This document shows, in pieces, positions 19,383 through 28,381 of a DNA stretch of 64,000 nucleotides. Position 1 is the stretch's first letter, and each line of letters opens with the position of its first letter. The stretch covers positions 369,154 through 433,153 of the forward strand of contig CAUJCN010000002.1 in the NCBI GenBank assembly GCA_963169855.1, given 5' to 3'. The DNA comes from Patescibacteria group bacterium. Lineage in GTDB: Bacteria > Patescibacteriota > Dojkabacteria > J137. Both the position numbers and the translations under genes were made by a program. The notes below the pieces were generated by a model that did not search any database, had not been told where the DNA came from, and saw only the letters and a list, made by a program, of their open reading frames with translations.

Positions 19383-20006
19383 ATGACATACCGATTAATC
19401 GGAATCTCTGGTTCTTCTTCTTCAGGTAAATCGACTTTAGCCAATGGATTGAAAACTCATTTTGGAGATATGTGCGAAATTATTTCTATGGATGATTTTC
19501 ACAAACAATTACCAGACTACGTCGAGTTGGCAGATGGTACTAAGAACTATGATCATCCAGACAATTTAGTCTGGGCAGATTTTATCGAAGCTATTAGAAA
19601 ATTGAAGAACGGAGAGATCGCACAAATTCCTGTTTATGTAAAAGGTTGGGGAGAAAACACAGGAAGAGTTGGGTACAGAGAAGTTGATCCTACAAATAAG
19701 ATTGTAGTTATTGAAGGATATTTTCTTTATCATCATCCTGAAGTTTTAGATCTACTTGAACACGACAACCGATATTTCTTGAGACTGGAAGAACCTGTTA
19801 TTCGGCATCGAAGAAACATGGCATACGCAAATATTGAAGGATTTTCTGACGATGGTTACTTCGATCATCTGATGGCTGCTTTCAGGGAATTTATCGAACC
19901 TACAAAAGAACACTGTCCCACTGAAAATGTAATTGATGCTTCGGGAACTATCGATGAAGTTTTTATCGAGTTTATGTCGAAAGCTAAACTAGAAGCCGAA
20001 GTGTAA
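19383..20006 (+). CDS. udk: Uridine kinase / phosphoribulokinase-family P-loop kinase
   Basis: P-loop GISGSSSSGKSTLA and the overall uridine kinase-like length and layout. Confidence 0.7.
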   Translation: MTYRLIGISGSSSSGKSTLANGLKTHFGDMCEIISMDDFHKQLPDYVELADGTKNYDHPDNLVWADFIEAIRKLKNGEIAQIPVYVKGWGENTGRVGYREVDPTNKIVVIEGYFLYHHPEVLDLLEHDNRYFLRLEEPVIRHRRNMAYANIEGFSDDGYFDHLMAAFREFIEPTKEHCPTENVIDASGTIDEVFIEFMSKAKLEAEV

Positions 20007-20073
20007 CCTCACCCGTCACACCTTCGGTGTGCACTCCCTCTCCTACTTTTATAGGAGAGGGTTGGGGTGAGGT
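20006..20073. other. GC-rich nested multi-hairpin element: an 8-bp outer stem (cctcaccc/gggtgagg) encloses a UUCG-tetraloop hairpin (cacacc-ttcg-ggtgtg) and a 10-bp hairpin (ccctctccta...taggagaggg)
   Basis: Perfect inverted repeats read directly from the sequence, in a GC-rich island between the convergent udk and 20073-20375 genes. It could be a structured RNA, a bidirectional terminator or a REP-like element. Confidence 0.4.
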
Positions 20074-20375
20074 TATACTTCACCTTTTTTGTTCTTGTAA
20101 TCACCAAGAAGTTTTATAACTTCGTCGAAAACTTTTTCAAGTTCATTTTCTTTTAGACCTAAGTTTTTTGCGAGAGTTAATAAAAGAGTAATCAGAAGAT
20201 TTTGAACCCCATCTTGAAGTGTCTTTCCGTTACCTCGAGGATTAGCATTATTATTCTGAGATTCTTGCGCTTCGAATCTTCGTTCAATTTTTGAACCAAC
20301 CTCTGCAAAAGAGGTGTCTAACGCTGAGGTTACAACATCTCTAATTTTTTCAATTCTTTCGGGGCTATTTTCCAT
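20073..20375 (-). CDS. Hypothetical protein (100 aa)
   Basis: ORF only. Confidence 0.45.
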   Translation of the reverse strand: MENSPERIEKIRDVVTSALDTSFAEVGSKIERRFEAQESQNNNANPRGNGKTLQDGVQNLLITLLLTLAKNLGLKENELEKVFDEVIKLLGDYKNKKGEV

Positions 20376-20459
20376 TACTAAGAAAGATTAAAAAATTAAG
20401 TTAAAAGATGAAAAATAATTGAACTTTAACATGTTTTTTCTCTTTTTGCTTTTAACTTT

Positions 20460-20978
20460 CTATATCTGTTTTTCCATAATATACACGTCAATAAAGTGAT
20501 CGCCTACTTTTAGTTCCTTCTTCATAACTCCGTTTAGTTCGAATCCAAATTTCTTGTAAAGATCAATTGCTTTTGTTTGAGTTGCTGCAACCATCAACCC
20601 AAATTTCTTAATCTGTGGATTGTTGCTGGCAGAATTAATCATTTCTGTGATTATCTGTTGAGAATAACCTTTTCCTCTGAATTCTGGTTTAGTATAGATC
20701 CAAACCATAGAAGCTACATGAGATTTTTTTTCTTTATCATCAAATAAAAGTCCGCCCATGGAAGCAACTTGATCTCCTTCGAATCCAAAAAAGATTTCTT
20801 GACGATCCTCTGTCAAAAAAGGGAAAAGGTACGTTTCCCACCAAAAATCTGAATGTCCCGTATATTCTGAAAGCATAACACTAAAAGCATCGGGATCAGT
20901 TTCCAATGCAAGTAGCATCATGTTTTTTAAAATTGGTAAATCAGGAATTCCTCCTTTTCTTATTGTGAAGTTTGACAT
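20460..20978 (-). CDS. GNAT-family N-acetyltransferase
   Basis: Acetyl-CoA binding region RGKGYSQQII within a GNAT beta-alpha pattern. Confidence 0.75.
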   Translation of the reverse strand: MSNFTIRKGGIPDLPILKNMMLLALETDPDAFSVMLSEYTGHSDFWWETYLFPFLTEDRQEIFFGFEGDQVASMGGLLFDDKEKKSHVASMVWIYTKPEFRGKGYSQQIITEMINSASNNPQIKKFGLMVAATQTKAIDLYKKFGFELNGVMKKELKVGDHFIDVYIMEKQI

Positions 20979-21559
20979 TACGGAACTGAGATTTCGATTT
21001 CTTTTGATAGATTTCGATCTTCGACAAATACGTTAACTTTTGCTTTATTAATTCCCGAAGGTAGTTTTCGAATCACACCACCAATGTTGTTTCTCGAAAG
21101 TTGAGTTTCAACTTCGGTTGTAATTGTTCCATCAGAATTTGTGAAAACCCAGTAAGCGTCGTATGTGTAAGGTCCCCATTGTGTTCCGTTTGCAACTGGA
21201 GTCACTCGAAATTGATAATTTTTTGTTGTTGGATTAATTACAGAAGCATCGATAGTTACTGTAACAGTAACTCCTGCAAGCGCATCATCTACTCCAGCAT
21301 TTTGATTAGTTGCAACAAGAGCAAATCCTAATCCTCCAGTAATTACTGCAAAGGCTAGAAATGAGTACAAGGGCTTTCCTAGAAATCCGTACTTTGGAGC
21401 AACCGCAACTTGGTATTTTCTATTCTGATTAATTACAACTATGATCAATCCTAATATAACTGCAAGCAAAGCAATAATTATCAAAGAGACTGCTGTATTT
21501 TCCGAAACAAAAGTTTGTACTTGCGTAATTAAATCCATAGTTAGAATCTCTAAAATCAA
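20978..21559 (-). CDS. Membrane-anchored hypothetical protein (193 aa) with a beta-rich exported region
   Basis: One TM helix (residues about 20-43) followed by an extracytoplasmic domain. Stop/start overlap with the GNAT gene. Confidence 0.5.
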   Translation of the reverse strand: MILEILTMDLITQVQTFVSENTAVSLIIIALLAVILGLIIVVINQNRKYQVAVAPKYGFLGKPLYSFLAFAVITGGLGFALVATNQNAGVDDALAGVTVTVTIDASVINPTTKNYQFRVTPVANGTQWGPYTYDAYWVFTNSDGTITTEVETQLSRNNIGGVIRKLPSGINKAKVNVFVEDRNLSKEIEISVP

Positions 21560-21566
21560 GATATGA

Positions 21567-22238
21567 TTATATTTTCCAGTTTATCTCCTTTTGCCCCTTC
21601 TCTGCAAGATATTCATTTGTTTTGCTGAATGGTTTGCTTCCGAAAAACCCTGAGTGTGCTGAGAACGGAGATGGGTGAGCTGATTTAATAACAAAATGTT
21701 TCGTAGAATCAATAAGAGATTCTTTTTTCTGAGCATACGCTCCCCATAAAATAAAAACTACGTTTTCTTTTTGATCTGAGATTAGTTTGATAACAGAGTC
21801 GGTAAAAGTCTCCCATCCTTTTCCTGCGTGGCTTCCAGGCTTTCCTTCTTGAACAGTTAAAACTGCGTTAAGTAAAAGAACGCCCTGCTCTCCCCAGGAT
21901 GTTAAATCTCCGTGATCAGCAATATCAATTTCTAAATCAGCTTTTAGTTCTTTGTAAATATTTTGAAGTGATGGTGGAAGTCTCCGTCCTTTTTCTACAG
22001 CAAAAGATAATCCTATTGCAGTTTGAGGTGAATGATACGGGTCTTGACCAAGAATCACTACTCTACAATTTTCGAAAGAGCATAGATCAAAAGCTCTAAA
22101 AATATTCGGTCCTGCTGGATGGATTTTATTCTTACCGTATTCTGACTTTACGAATTCGATCAGTTTTTGAAAGTACTCTTTTCCGAATTCGGATTCTAAA
22201 TGTTTTTTCCAAGATTCTGAAATCTTTACGTTAGACAT
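21567..22238 (-). CDS. ung: Uracil-DNA glycosylase (family 1)
   Basis: Water-activating motif GQDPYH and C-terminal HPSPxS (AHPSPFSA). Confidence 0.85.
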   Translation of the reverse strand: MSNVKISESWKKHLESEFGKEYFQKLIEFVKSEYGKNKIHPAGPNIFRAFDLCSFENCRVVILGQDPYHSPQTAIGLSFAVEKGRRLPPSLQNIYKELKADLEIDIADHGDLTSWGEQGVLLLNAVLTVQEGKPGSHAGKGWETFTDSVIKLISDQKENVVFILWGAYAQKKESLIDSTKHFVIKSAHPSPFSAHSGFFGSKPFSKTNEYLAEKGQKEINWKI

Positions 22239-22248
22239 AATTATAGGT

Positions 22249-22620
22249 TTATTTCTCTAATTCTAATACAATAGTTTGCAAAACATCATCAACTCGGCCC
22301 ATAACTTCTGAGTTCCAAAATCTAATTACTTTAACATCGTTAGATTCCAGATGAATAGTACGTGTTTTATCATAGTCCCTCACTTCATATTCTGCATGCT
22401 GTCCTCCATCGAGTTCTACTGCTAACTTCTTCTGAGGGCAATAAAAATCCAGAATATAGTGATCAATTGAGTATTGACGATAGAATTTATATCTCAGTAG
22501 TTGCTTGTTTCTTAGTTTACTCCATAATTTCTTTTCAGCCTCAGTTGAGTCTCTTCTGAGTATTCTTCTTAATGGTTTCAGACTTGGAATGTTGTCGTAG
22601 AGCATGATGAATTCTATCAT
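22249..22620 (-). CDS. DUF559 / Vsr-like endonuclease-fold protein
   Basis: Pattern RRDSTEAEKKLWSKLRNKQLLRYKFYRQYSIDHYILDFYCPQKKLAVELDGGQH, typical of DUF559. Confidence 0.7.
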   Translation of the reverse strand: MIEFIMLYDNIPSLKPLRRILRRDSTEAEKKLWSKLRNKQLLRYKFYRQYSIDHYILDFYCPQKKLAVELDGGQHAEYEVRDYDKTRTIHLESNDVKVIRFWNSEVMGRVDDVLQTIVLELEK

Positions 22621-22627
22621 AACAATC

Positions 22628-22704
22628 GAACTCCCCTGTCACGATGAATCGTGCATCCCCTCTTTTGAAGAGGGGAAAGATTTCGTGAGAAATCTGGGGA
22701 GTTC
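22628..22704. other. GC-rich nested multi-hairpin element: a 9-bp outer stem (gaactcccc/ggggagttc) encloses three hairpins (cacgat-gaa-atcgtg; tcccctctt-ttg-aagagggga; agatttc-gtga-gaaatct with a GNRA loop)
   Basis: Perfect inverted repeats read directly from the sequence. It sits between the DUF1801-like gene stop and the DUF559 start on the minus strand, and has the same architecture as the 20006-20073 element. Confidence 0.4.
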
Positions 22705-22709
22705 TTAAA

Positions 22710-23102
22710 TTATTTTAGTCGTTCCAATTTACCTTTTCTTTTTACAATATTTTTATAATCCCACTGAATATCTTGAGATTCTTTAAGCCATTTCTGGATA
22801 TCGTCAGAATTAATATCAGAAACTGAATCGAACTTAATTGACGCATCTTTATACTTTCCTGTACCACCAACTAATCCTGGATGAGAAAAATCCGCTCCAC
22901 TCCAAAACATCATTCTCAATCCTGATTTCAATTTGCTGTAACCTACAATTGGGTTGCCGTCTAAGAACCAAACTGGGTGTCTATGCCAGATTTTCTTTTC
23001 TGAATTAGGTAATCCTTTTTCGATTTCTTGAAAAAGCTGATCGCAAATTGCTTTGTCTTCTGGGGATTGAGAGTTGTTGTAAGATTGAATTTCTTTAGAC
23101 AT
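22710..23102 (-). CDS. Hypothetical protein, possibly DUF1801/YdhG-like
   Basis: Size and weak pattern similarity only. Confidence 0.4.
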   Translation of the reverse strand: MSKEIQSYNNSQSPEDKAICDQLFQEIEKGLPNSEKKIWHRHPVWFLDGNPIVGYSKLKSGLRMMFWSGADFSHPGLVGGTGKYKDASIKFDSVSDINSDDIQKWLKESQDIQWDYKNIVKRKGKLERLK

Positions 23103-23158
23103 AAATTGTAGTTTAAACTCATTATTTTACTACAATAGCTTAATAGTTTCTTGATGCA

Positions 23159-23767
23159 CTATTTTACAACTCTTAAAATTACGTGAATCCATTTTGAATC
23201 ATTAGTAGATTTGGCTTCGACTATTTCGAATGGTAATCTATTAAGAATTTCTCTAACTTTATCAAGAGTGTAATACTGAAAAAATCTTGGAGCATCCATT
23301 TTTTCCATAGAAATTTCTTCTCCAACTCCAGCTTTTAGAGTAAGAGCAGCAATTCCACTCTTCTTTAACACCATCGCAGCATTTCTTAGAGCTTGCTCAA
23401 AAACATTTTCTGTCGCATGAAGTAGAACGGCGTTTGCAAAGAATCCATCAAATCTATCATTCCATAAAGGATTTGGAGCATCTCTAAAATCAAACTCTGC
23501 AGTTTCGAAACCTTCTTCTTTCAAATTCTGCAAAGCTACGGGAATAATATCTGTGCACAATACTTTAAAGCCGTTTTGTGAAAAATATCTTGCGTCTCTT
23601 CCAGTAGCAGATCCGATTTCGAGAATCTCACCACCTTTTGGAATTTGAGATAAAAAAGAATCCATCCATTCTTTAAACTCTCCTTCGGGAATTGATTGAG
23701 TACGTTCGGTATATTTGCCAAAATTATCTCTGTAAGTTTGAATTGTTGTGTCGAAGTTATCGCTCAA
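23159..23767 (-). CDS. Class I SAM-dependent methyltransferase
   Basis: Motif I ILEIGSATGRD and motif post-I KVLCTDI. Confidence 0.7.
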   Translation of the reverse strand: MSDNFDTTIQTYRDNFGKYTERTQSIPEGEFKEWMDSFLSQIPKGGEILEIGSATGRDARYFSQNGFKVLCTDIIPVALQNLKEEGFETAEFDFRDAPNPLWNDRFDGFFANAVLLHATENVFEQALRNAAMVLKKSGIAALTLKAGVGEEISMEKMDAPRFFQYYTLDKVREILNRLPFEIVEAKSTNDSKWIHVILRVVK

Positions 23768-24335
23768 GCGAGGATTTTAAAATGATTTCTAAAACTTCAG
23801 GAACTTCCGTTATACCATCACTACCGCTAAAATGTCCTTTATTATGTTCAATTATAGTTTTTGCATTGAGATTCGATTCAAATAATTCTTTATTATTTAA
23901 AGGAACAACAGGATCATCGTCAGAAAAAATCGCAGTGAAATTTGAATTATGTGATTTTACTTTTGAGAAATCAATTGGTCTTTCTAACCAAGGTTTTGCA
24001 ATACTTAATTCTTCTTCGGTTTCTAAATTCATTAATTCAAACCATCCTCCGACAAAGACACATCCCCCAATTTTTGAGTTTTCTGGAAGCGTTTCGAGAA
24101 ATCTTATAATTGTCTGACATCCAATACTGTGTCCTACAAAAAAAGTCTCTTCGTCAACTTCACCCACAAGAAGACTAAGGTATGAAACCCATGCTTGAAT
24201 TTCAGGTTCATCGGTATTTGGCATAGTAGGAACTTCTACTTGAAAGCCATTGTTTACAAGTTCAGTTTTCAGCCATGGAAACCAACCTTCTTCTGGCGAT
24301 CCGCTCCAACCGTGAATTATGAAAACTCTCTTCAT
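23757..24335 (-). CDS. Alpha/beta hydrolase of the RBBP9/YdeN serine-hydrolase family
   Basis: Nucleophile elbow GHSIGC, Asp/His arrangement, and a length of about 190 aa. Confidence 0.7.
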   Translation of the reverse strand: MKRVFIIHGWSGSPEEGWFPWLKTELVNNGFQVEVPTMPNTDEPEIQAWVSYLSLLVGEVDEETFFVGHSIGCQTIIRFLETLPENSKIGGCVFVGGWFELMNLETEEELSIAKPWLERPIDFSKVKSHNSNFTAIFSDDDPVVPLNNKELFESNLNAKTIIEHNKGHFSGSDGITEVPEVLEIILKSSLER

Positions 24336-24371
24336 AAACTAATTATAAATCGAAGTTCCTTATTTGGAAAA

Positions 24372-25037
24372 TTACTTTGTAATCGTTACGCTTGTTACGA
24401 AATCGTAGAAAGCTTCCGCAGCACTCGTGTTTTCTTCAGGATCTTTAGGAAGTAATCCCGAGTTAAAACAAATAGTATTATCTAAACAGCCGTAAATTTC
24501 TGAAGTAACAAAAGATCCTTCTTCGTCTCCTACAACAGTTCCTTCGTCATTCTCTGATTCGCTATTTACAGTTAAAACTTCAGTTTGAGCAACCGAGAAG
24601 TTTACAGTTCCAAAAGTAAATGGTTTTTCTTCAGTTGTAAATTTTGATGATGTTGCAAGGTTTTTAAAGAATCCTGGTAACGAAATGTAGTAATTAGTCT
24701 CACCATTTGAAACATTGTAAATATCGCAACGATCGTTATTTGAACAAAGTAATTCTTCTGCCACAAGTCCGTTGAAGGCATAACTGATTTCCCACCCCTG
24801 ACCCAAAACTACTTTGTAGTTATTGTAAGTAATCTCTGTTGAACTTGCAGTTTCAATTTCCGTAAATTCGAAAGGCCTCTCTACAATTTCACTAGGTAGA
24901 TTATTGCCACCGTTATTGTTCGATAAAAGGTTCAAAAAGAAAATCCCGATAATGATTAGTATTATTATTCCAACAGCTAGCTCTAACCTAGTTTTTGTAA
25001 ATACTTTATTGAATCTGTTTTGTTTTAAATCTTCCAT
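24372..25037 (-). CDS. Membrane-anchored or secreted hypothetical protein (221 aa)
   Basis: N-terminal TM helix followed by a Cys-containing exported domain. Confidence 0.5.
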   Translation of the reverse strand: MEDLKQNRFNKVFTKTRLELAVGIIILIIIGIFFLNLLSNNNGGNNLPSEIVERPFEFTEIETASSTEITYNNYKVVLGQGWEISYAFNGLVAEELLCSNNDRCDIYNVSNGETNYYISLPGFFKNLATSSKFTTEEKPFTFGTVNFSVAQTEVLTVNSESENDEGTVVGDEEGSFVTSEIYGCLDNTICFNSGLLPKDPEENTSAAEAFYDFVTSVTITK

Positions 25038-25104
25038 AACTCAAATACGTTTATCAGTCAATTTTGTTATACTTAGTATATTGGATTTACATACATCAGT
25101 AAAC

Positions 25105-25338
25105 ATGAAAAAAACTATCCTAGAAATATTAAAACGAAAAGATTCGAAGTTGGTCGCAATAGATAAAGAGACTGCCGAGAAAATCGAAAAAATGAAAAAT
25201 GAATTGAATACTTCTGCAGAAGACATTATTGCAGCAGCACTTGCATTGTTAGAAATCTCAGTAGGAAAAGAAGTTCATCTGCTGGATAAAAAGACGAATC
25301 AAGAAACAAAAATTACAGCTTTAGAGTCAACTAACTAA
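25105..25338 (+). CDS. Small hypothetical protein (about 78 aa). The start is trimmed to the internal Met so that it clears the convergent upstream gene.
   Basis: The 5' part of the ORF-track product overlaps the 24372-25037 gene on the other strand, and MKKTILEIL... is the first Met beyond it. Its stop overlaps the next start (TAATG). Confidence 0.4.
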   Translation: MKKTILEILKRKDSKLVAIDKETAEKIEKMKNELNTSAEDIIAAALALLEISVGKEVHLLDKKTNQETKITALESTN

Positions 25339-25751
25339 TGGATAATAAAAAAGAAGATACTTTCATACAATTTATTGATCCCGAAGAACTAATAGAATTC
25401 ATTCCTGATGAGTCTTTCGGAACACAAGAAGCTGAGATTTCTGAAGAACCTTTAAGAATAGCTGAAAGCATTCTTGAGGAAGCTGAATCTTACTCGATAA
25501 AGAAAAAAGAAGATACTAGAGAAAGACTCGCAATAATCTATACTGTAGCCACTTTGAGTATCTTTGTTTTTGTTATAATACTCAGCTTTATTGAATCATT
25601 GGTCAATAAAACAAATTTAGTTACAACTTTAAGAGAAATTATTCCTTTGATTTCTGGGGTTCTTTTTGGAACACTGGGATTCGTTTTAGGTTACTACTTT
25701 AGAAATGATAATAACGACAGAAATTCAGACAAAACTCGAGACAATAATTAA
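25338..25751 (+). CDS. Hypothetical membrane protein (137 aa) with an acidic N-terminus and two TM helices
   Basis: ORF plus hydrophobicity. Translationally coupled to the preceding small ORF. Confidence 0.45.
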   Translation: MDNKKEDTFIQFIDPEELIEFIPDESFGTQEAEISEEPLRIAESILEEAESYSIKKKEDTRERLAIIYTVATLSIFVFVIILSFIESLVNKTNLVTTLREIIPLISGVLFGTLGFVLGYYFRNDNNDRNSDKTRDNN

Positions 25752-26736
25752 GAAGCTGAACAACGCTCAGAAGGTTCTTGTGATCTCGGATAGCTCGATG
25801 GTGGATGAAGATTGCATTTATTCAGGACTTACACTTCGATGGCTTTGCGAACACTTAGGAAAAACAGTTGATAATGTAATTTTCTCGCGAATTAACGATA
25901 CTTTTGCTAAAAAGAAAGATGTTAATTTAGTTCAGTCTTTATTCCCAGATCAGGTAGATTTTAATCAATATGATCTAGTTTTCCTTGTTGATTCCCCTCA
26001 ATGGACTAGAATTTTAACTACTAAAGCTGCAGAGATTCATTTACTTTACGGAAAAGATAAATTCGTGTTGTTTGACCATCATATTCCCGAAGATATAGAT
26101 GCAGACTTAGGAAATCAGTCAATTAATTACGGAAGTTCTTCAACAGGTTTATTGATTTACAGGACTCTGTTCAAGGCGTTAAACATTACTCCTGATTTAA
26201 CTTGTGCTGAATACATTTACAGAACTGTGCTTTCTGATACTCAATGTTTAAGAGTAAACTCAAATGCAGATACTTTTGAATTCTGTGCTGAATTCCAAAA
26301 ATTAGGAGTTGATCACCAGAGAATTGTCGAAGAACAGTCCGAAGTTTCTAAAAATGCAATGGACTTTTTTGCTTATTGTTTATCGAAAACTGAATACTAC
26401 CCAGAAATAAAATGTACTGTTTTGTATCAAGACGCAGCTTTCGTGGATTACTGCAATTCTGTTTTTGGCGATTCTTGGAGAGAAGTCGAAATGTTGAGCT
26501 TATATAAAGAATCCTTTATGCGAAGGGTTACTGGTTTTGAACACGGGCTAATCTTCTACACTAGAAATGATGCTGAGAAAACTAAAGTTAGCTGGAGATC
26601 CAAAGAGTATGTAAGCGTTGATCTAGCTTCGATTTTAGCTGATCTTGGATTTAAGACTGGAGGGCACAAGAATGCCGGTGGCGGTGCTGTAGAAAAAAGC
26701 ATCGAACAAATCAGAAATGATTTTGAAAATCTATAA
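25705..26736 (+). CDS. DHH/DHHA1 phosphoesterase (NrnA-like oligoribonuclease / pAp phosphatase)
   Basis: DHH motif (VLFDHHIP), DHHA1 GGGH-type motif (GGHKNAGGG) and N-terminal DxD region (VISDSSMVDED). The start is uncertain because this ORF overlaps the previous one by 47 nt. Confidence 0.65.
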   Translation: MIITTEIQTKLETIIKKLNNAQKVLVISDSSMVDEDCIYSGLTLRWLCEHLGKTVDNVIFSRINDTFAKKKDVNLVQSLFPDQVDFNQYDLVFLVDSPQWTRILTTKAAEIHLLYGKDKFVLFDHHIPEDIDADLGNQSINYGSSSTGLLIYRTLFKALNITPDLTCAEYIYRTVLSDTQCLRVNSNADTFEFCAEFQKLGVDHQRIVEEQSEVSKNAMDFFAYCLSKTEYYPEIKCTVLYQDAAFVDYCNSVFGDSWREVEMLSLYKESFMRRVTGFEHGLIFYTRNDAEKTKVSWRSKEYVSVDLASILADLGFKTGGHKNAGGGAVEKSIEQIRNDFENL

Positions 26737-26739
26737 CCT

Positions 26740-28296
26740 TTAAAATTTTAATCTTTTTAGACTCTCTTCCTTTCCCAAAAGCTGCATAGCCTCAAACATC
26801 GGCGGGGAGAATGGACTTCCCACAATTGCAACTCTCAACGCCATGAAAACATCTCCTGCTTTTGCACCGAGTTCTTCTGAAATAGCTCGAACTCCTGATT
26901 CCCACTCTTCGTGTGTCCACTGAGTTGAGTCATCAGGCAAGTTTGAAATATGTGCGTTTAATTTTGAAACAATTTCTGGTAATTTATCTGTTACTTTATT
27001 CAATTGCTTGATAGACCAATCAATATTAACTGGAGCTTTGTAAAAGAATTCCAATTGTTGAAGAATGTGCCAGAAGTTCACTGCTCTTTCCTGAATCAAT
27101 GCAATTTGTTTCTTTAGAGTTTCTTCGTCAGAAGTTAAAAGTGAGTTTGCAAAAGCAATTAATTCTTTCATCTTTTCTATTGAAGCAACTTTGTGATCTC
27201 CAGTTTCCACAAGATTCTGTACTAAATCTTCTTCAGGTTCTGTTAAATATCTTTCGATCCAGTATTTAAACTCTGAAAGCAATTTATCGAGAGGTAGTTC
27301 TCTCAAATAAATTCCATTAAACCAATCCATTTTCTTCTGATCCCAAGTCGGGTTAGCTTTCTGCAAACCTTCCATGTCGAAAGTCTGAACGTATTCTTCC
27401 AAAGTGAACACTTCTCTATTGTCTTTTGGTGCCCAACCTAAAAGCATTAAATAGTTCAAAATTGCTGATTTTAAATAACCTTGAATTGGTAATCCGTTAA
27501 TTCTAAAACTACTATTTCTTTTGCTGAATTTTTTACCAGGAGTTGCTGGATCGAGAATTACTGTAAAGTGACCAATAACAGGCATATCTTCTTTCTTTAC
27601 ACCAAGACCTTCGTAAATCAAAACATGAACAGGTGTTGTTGATAACCACTCCGAACCTCTAAAAACGTGAGTAATTTCCATCGCAATATCATCGTACATT
27701 GCTGCAAGGTGATAAGTTGGAATCCCATTAGACTTCATAATAATCATGTCGTCTACATCTGCAGAATCCCAAACAACATTGTTTTTTGTAATTACATCGA
27801 AGAATTCGATTTTTCGATTTTCTGGCACTTTTATTCTGATTGTAAACTTCTCACCATTCGCAATCTTTGCATCAATTTCTTCTTGAGTTAGGTTTCGGCA
27901 TTTTCCGTCGTACTTTGTCCGTTGTTTTGCTAAAGTCTGTTGTTCTCTTAGTTCTGCAAGTCTTTCCTGTGAACAAAAACATCTGTATGCAGAACCGTTA
28001 TCAACTAGCTTTTGTGCCGCTACTTGATACAAATCTAGTCTTTCTGTTTGAGTATATGGAGCAAAAGGACCACCTTTATCTGGACCTTCATCCCAGTCCA
28101 TTCCAAATTCTTTTATCCATTTCATATTGTATTCCAAAGCTCCTGGAATAAATCGTTCTTGGTCTGTATCTTCATTTCTCCAAACAAATTTACCTCCGTT
28201 TTTTCTTGCCAAAGCATAGTTCATTAGAACTCTAGCTACGAATCCCAGATGGGCGTAACCTGTAGGACTTGGTGCGTATCTTGTTCGGACTTTCAT
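26740..28296 (-). CDS. gltX: Glutamyl-tRNA synthetase
   Basis: HIGH-type motif PSPTGYAHLG and KMSKS-type motif KFSKR. Confidence 0.9.
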   Translation of the reverse strand: MKVRTRYAPSPTGYAHLGFVARVLMNYALARKNGGKFVWRNEDTDQERFIPGALEYNMKWIKEFGMDWDEGPDKGGPFAPYTQTERLDLYQVAAQKLVDNGSAYRCFCSQERLAELREQQTLAKQRTKYDGKCRNLTQEEIDAKIANGEKFTIRIKVPENRKIEFFDVITKNNVVWDSADVDDMIIMKSNGIPTYHLAAMYDDIAMEITHVFRGSEWLSTTPVHVLIYEGLGVKKEDMPVIGHFTVILDPATPGKKFSKRNSSFRINGLPIQGYLKSAILNYLMLLGWAPKDNREVFTLEEYVQTFDMEGLQKANPTWDQKKMDWFNGIYLRELPLDKLLSEFKYWIERYLTEPEEDLVQNLVETGDHKVASIEKMKELIAFANSLLTSDEETLKKQIALIQERAVNFWHILQQLEFFYKAPVNIDWSIKQLNKVTDKLPEIVSKLNAHISNLPDDSTQWTHEEWESGVRAISEELGAKAGDVFMALRVAIVGSPFSPPMFEAMQLLGKEESLKRLKF

Positions 28297-28381
28297 ACGT
28301 ATATTGATTAACAGGTTGATTATATCATTTGGTAGGAATAATCTTAATCCCTGGTTATAATAAGATATTTATTAAATTACG

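Noticed and set aside
20006-20073. A simple rho-independent terminator interpretation for the GC-rich element
   Set aside because: There is no U-tract immediately 3' of the outer stem on either strand, and the nested two-hairpin architecture exceeds what a terminator needs. I therefore kept it as a structured element of unknown role.
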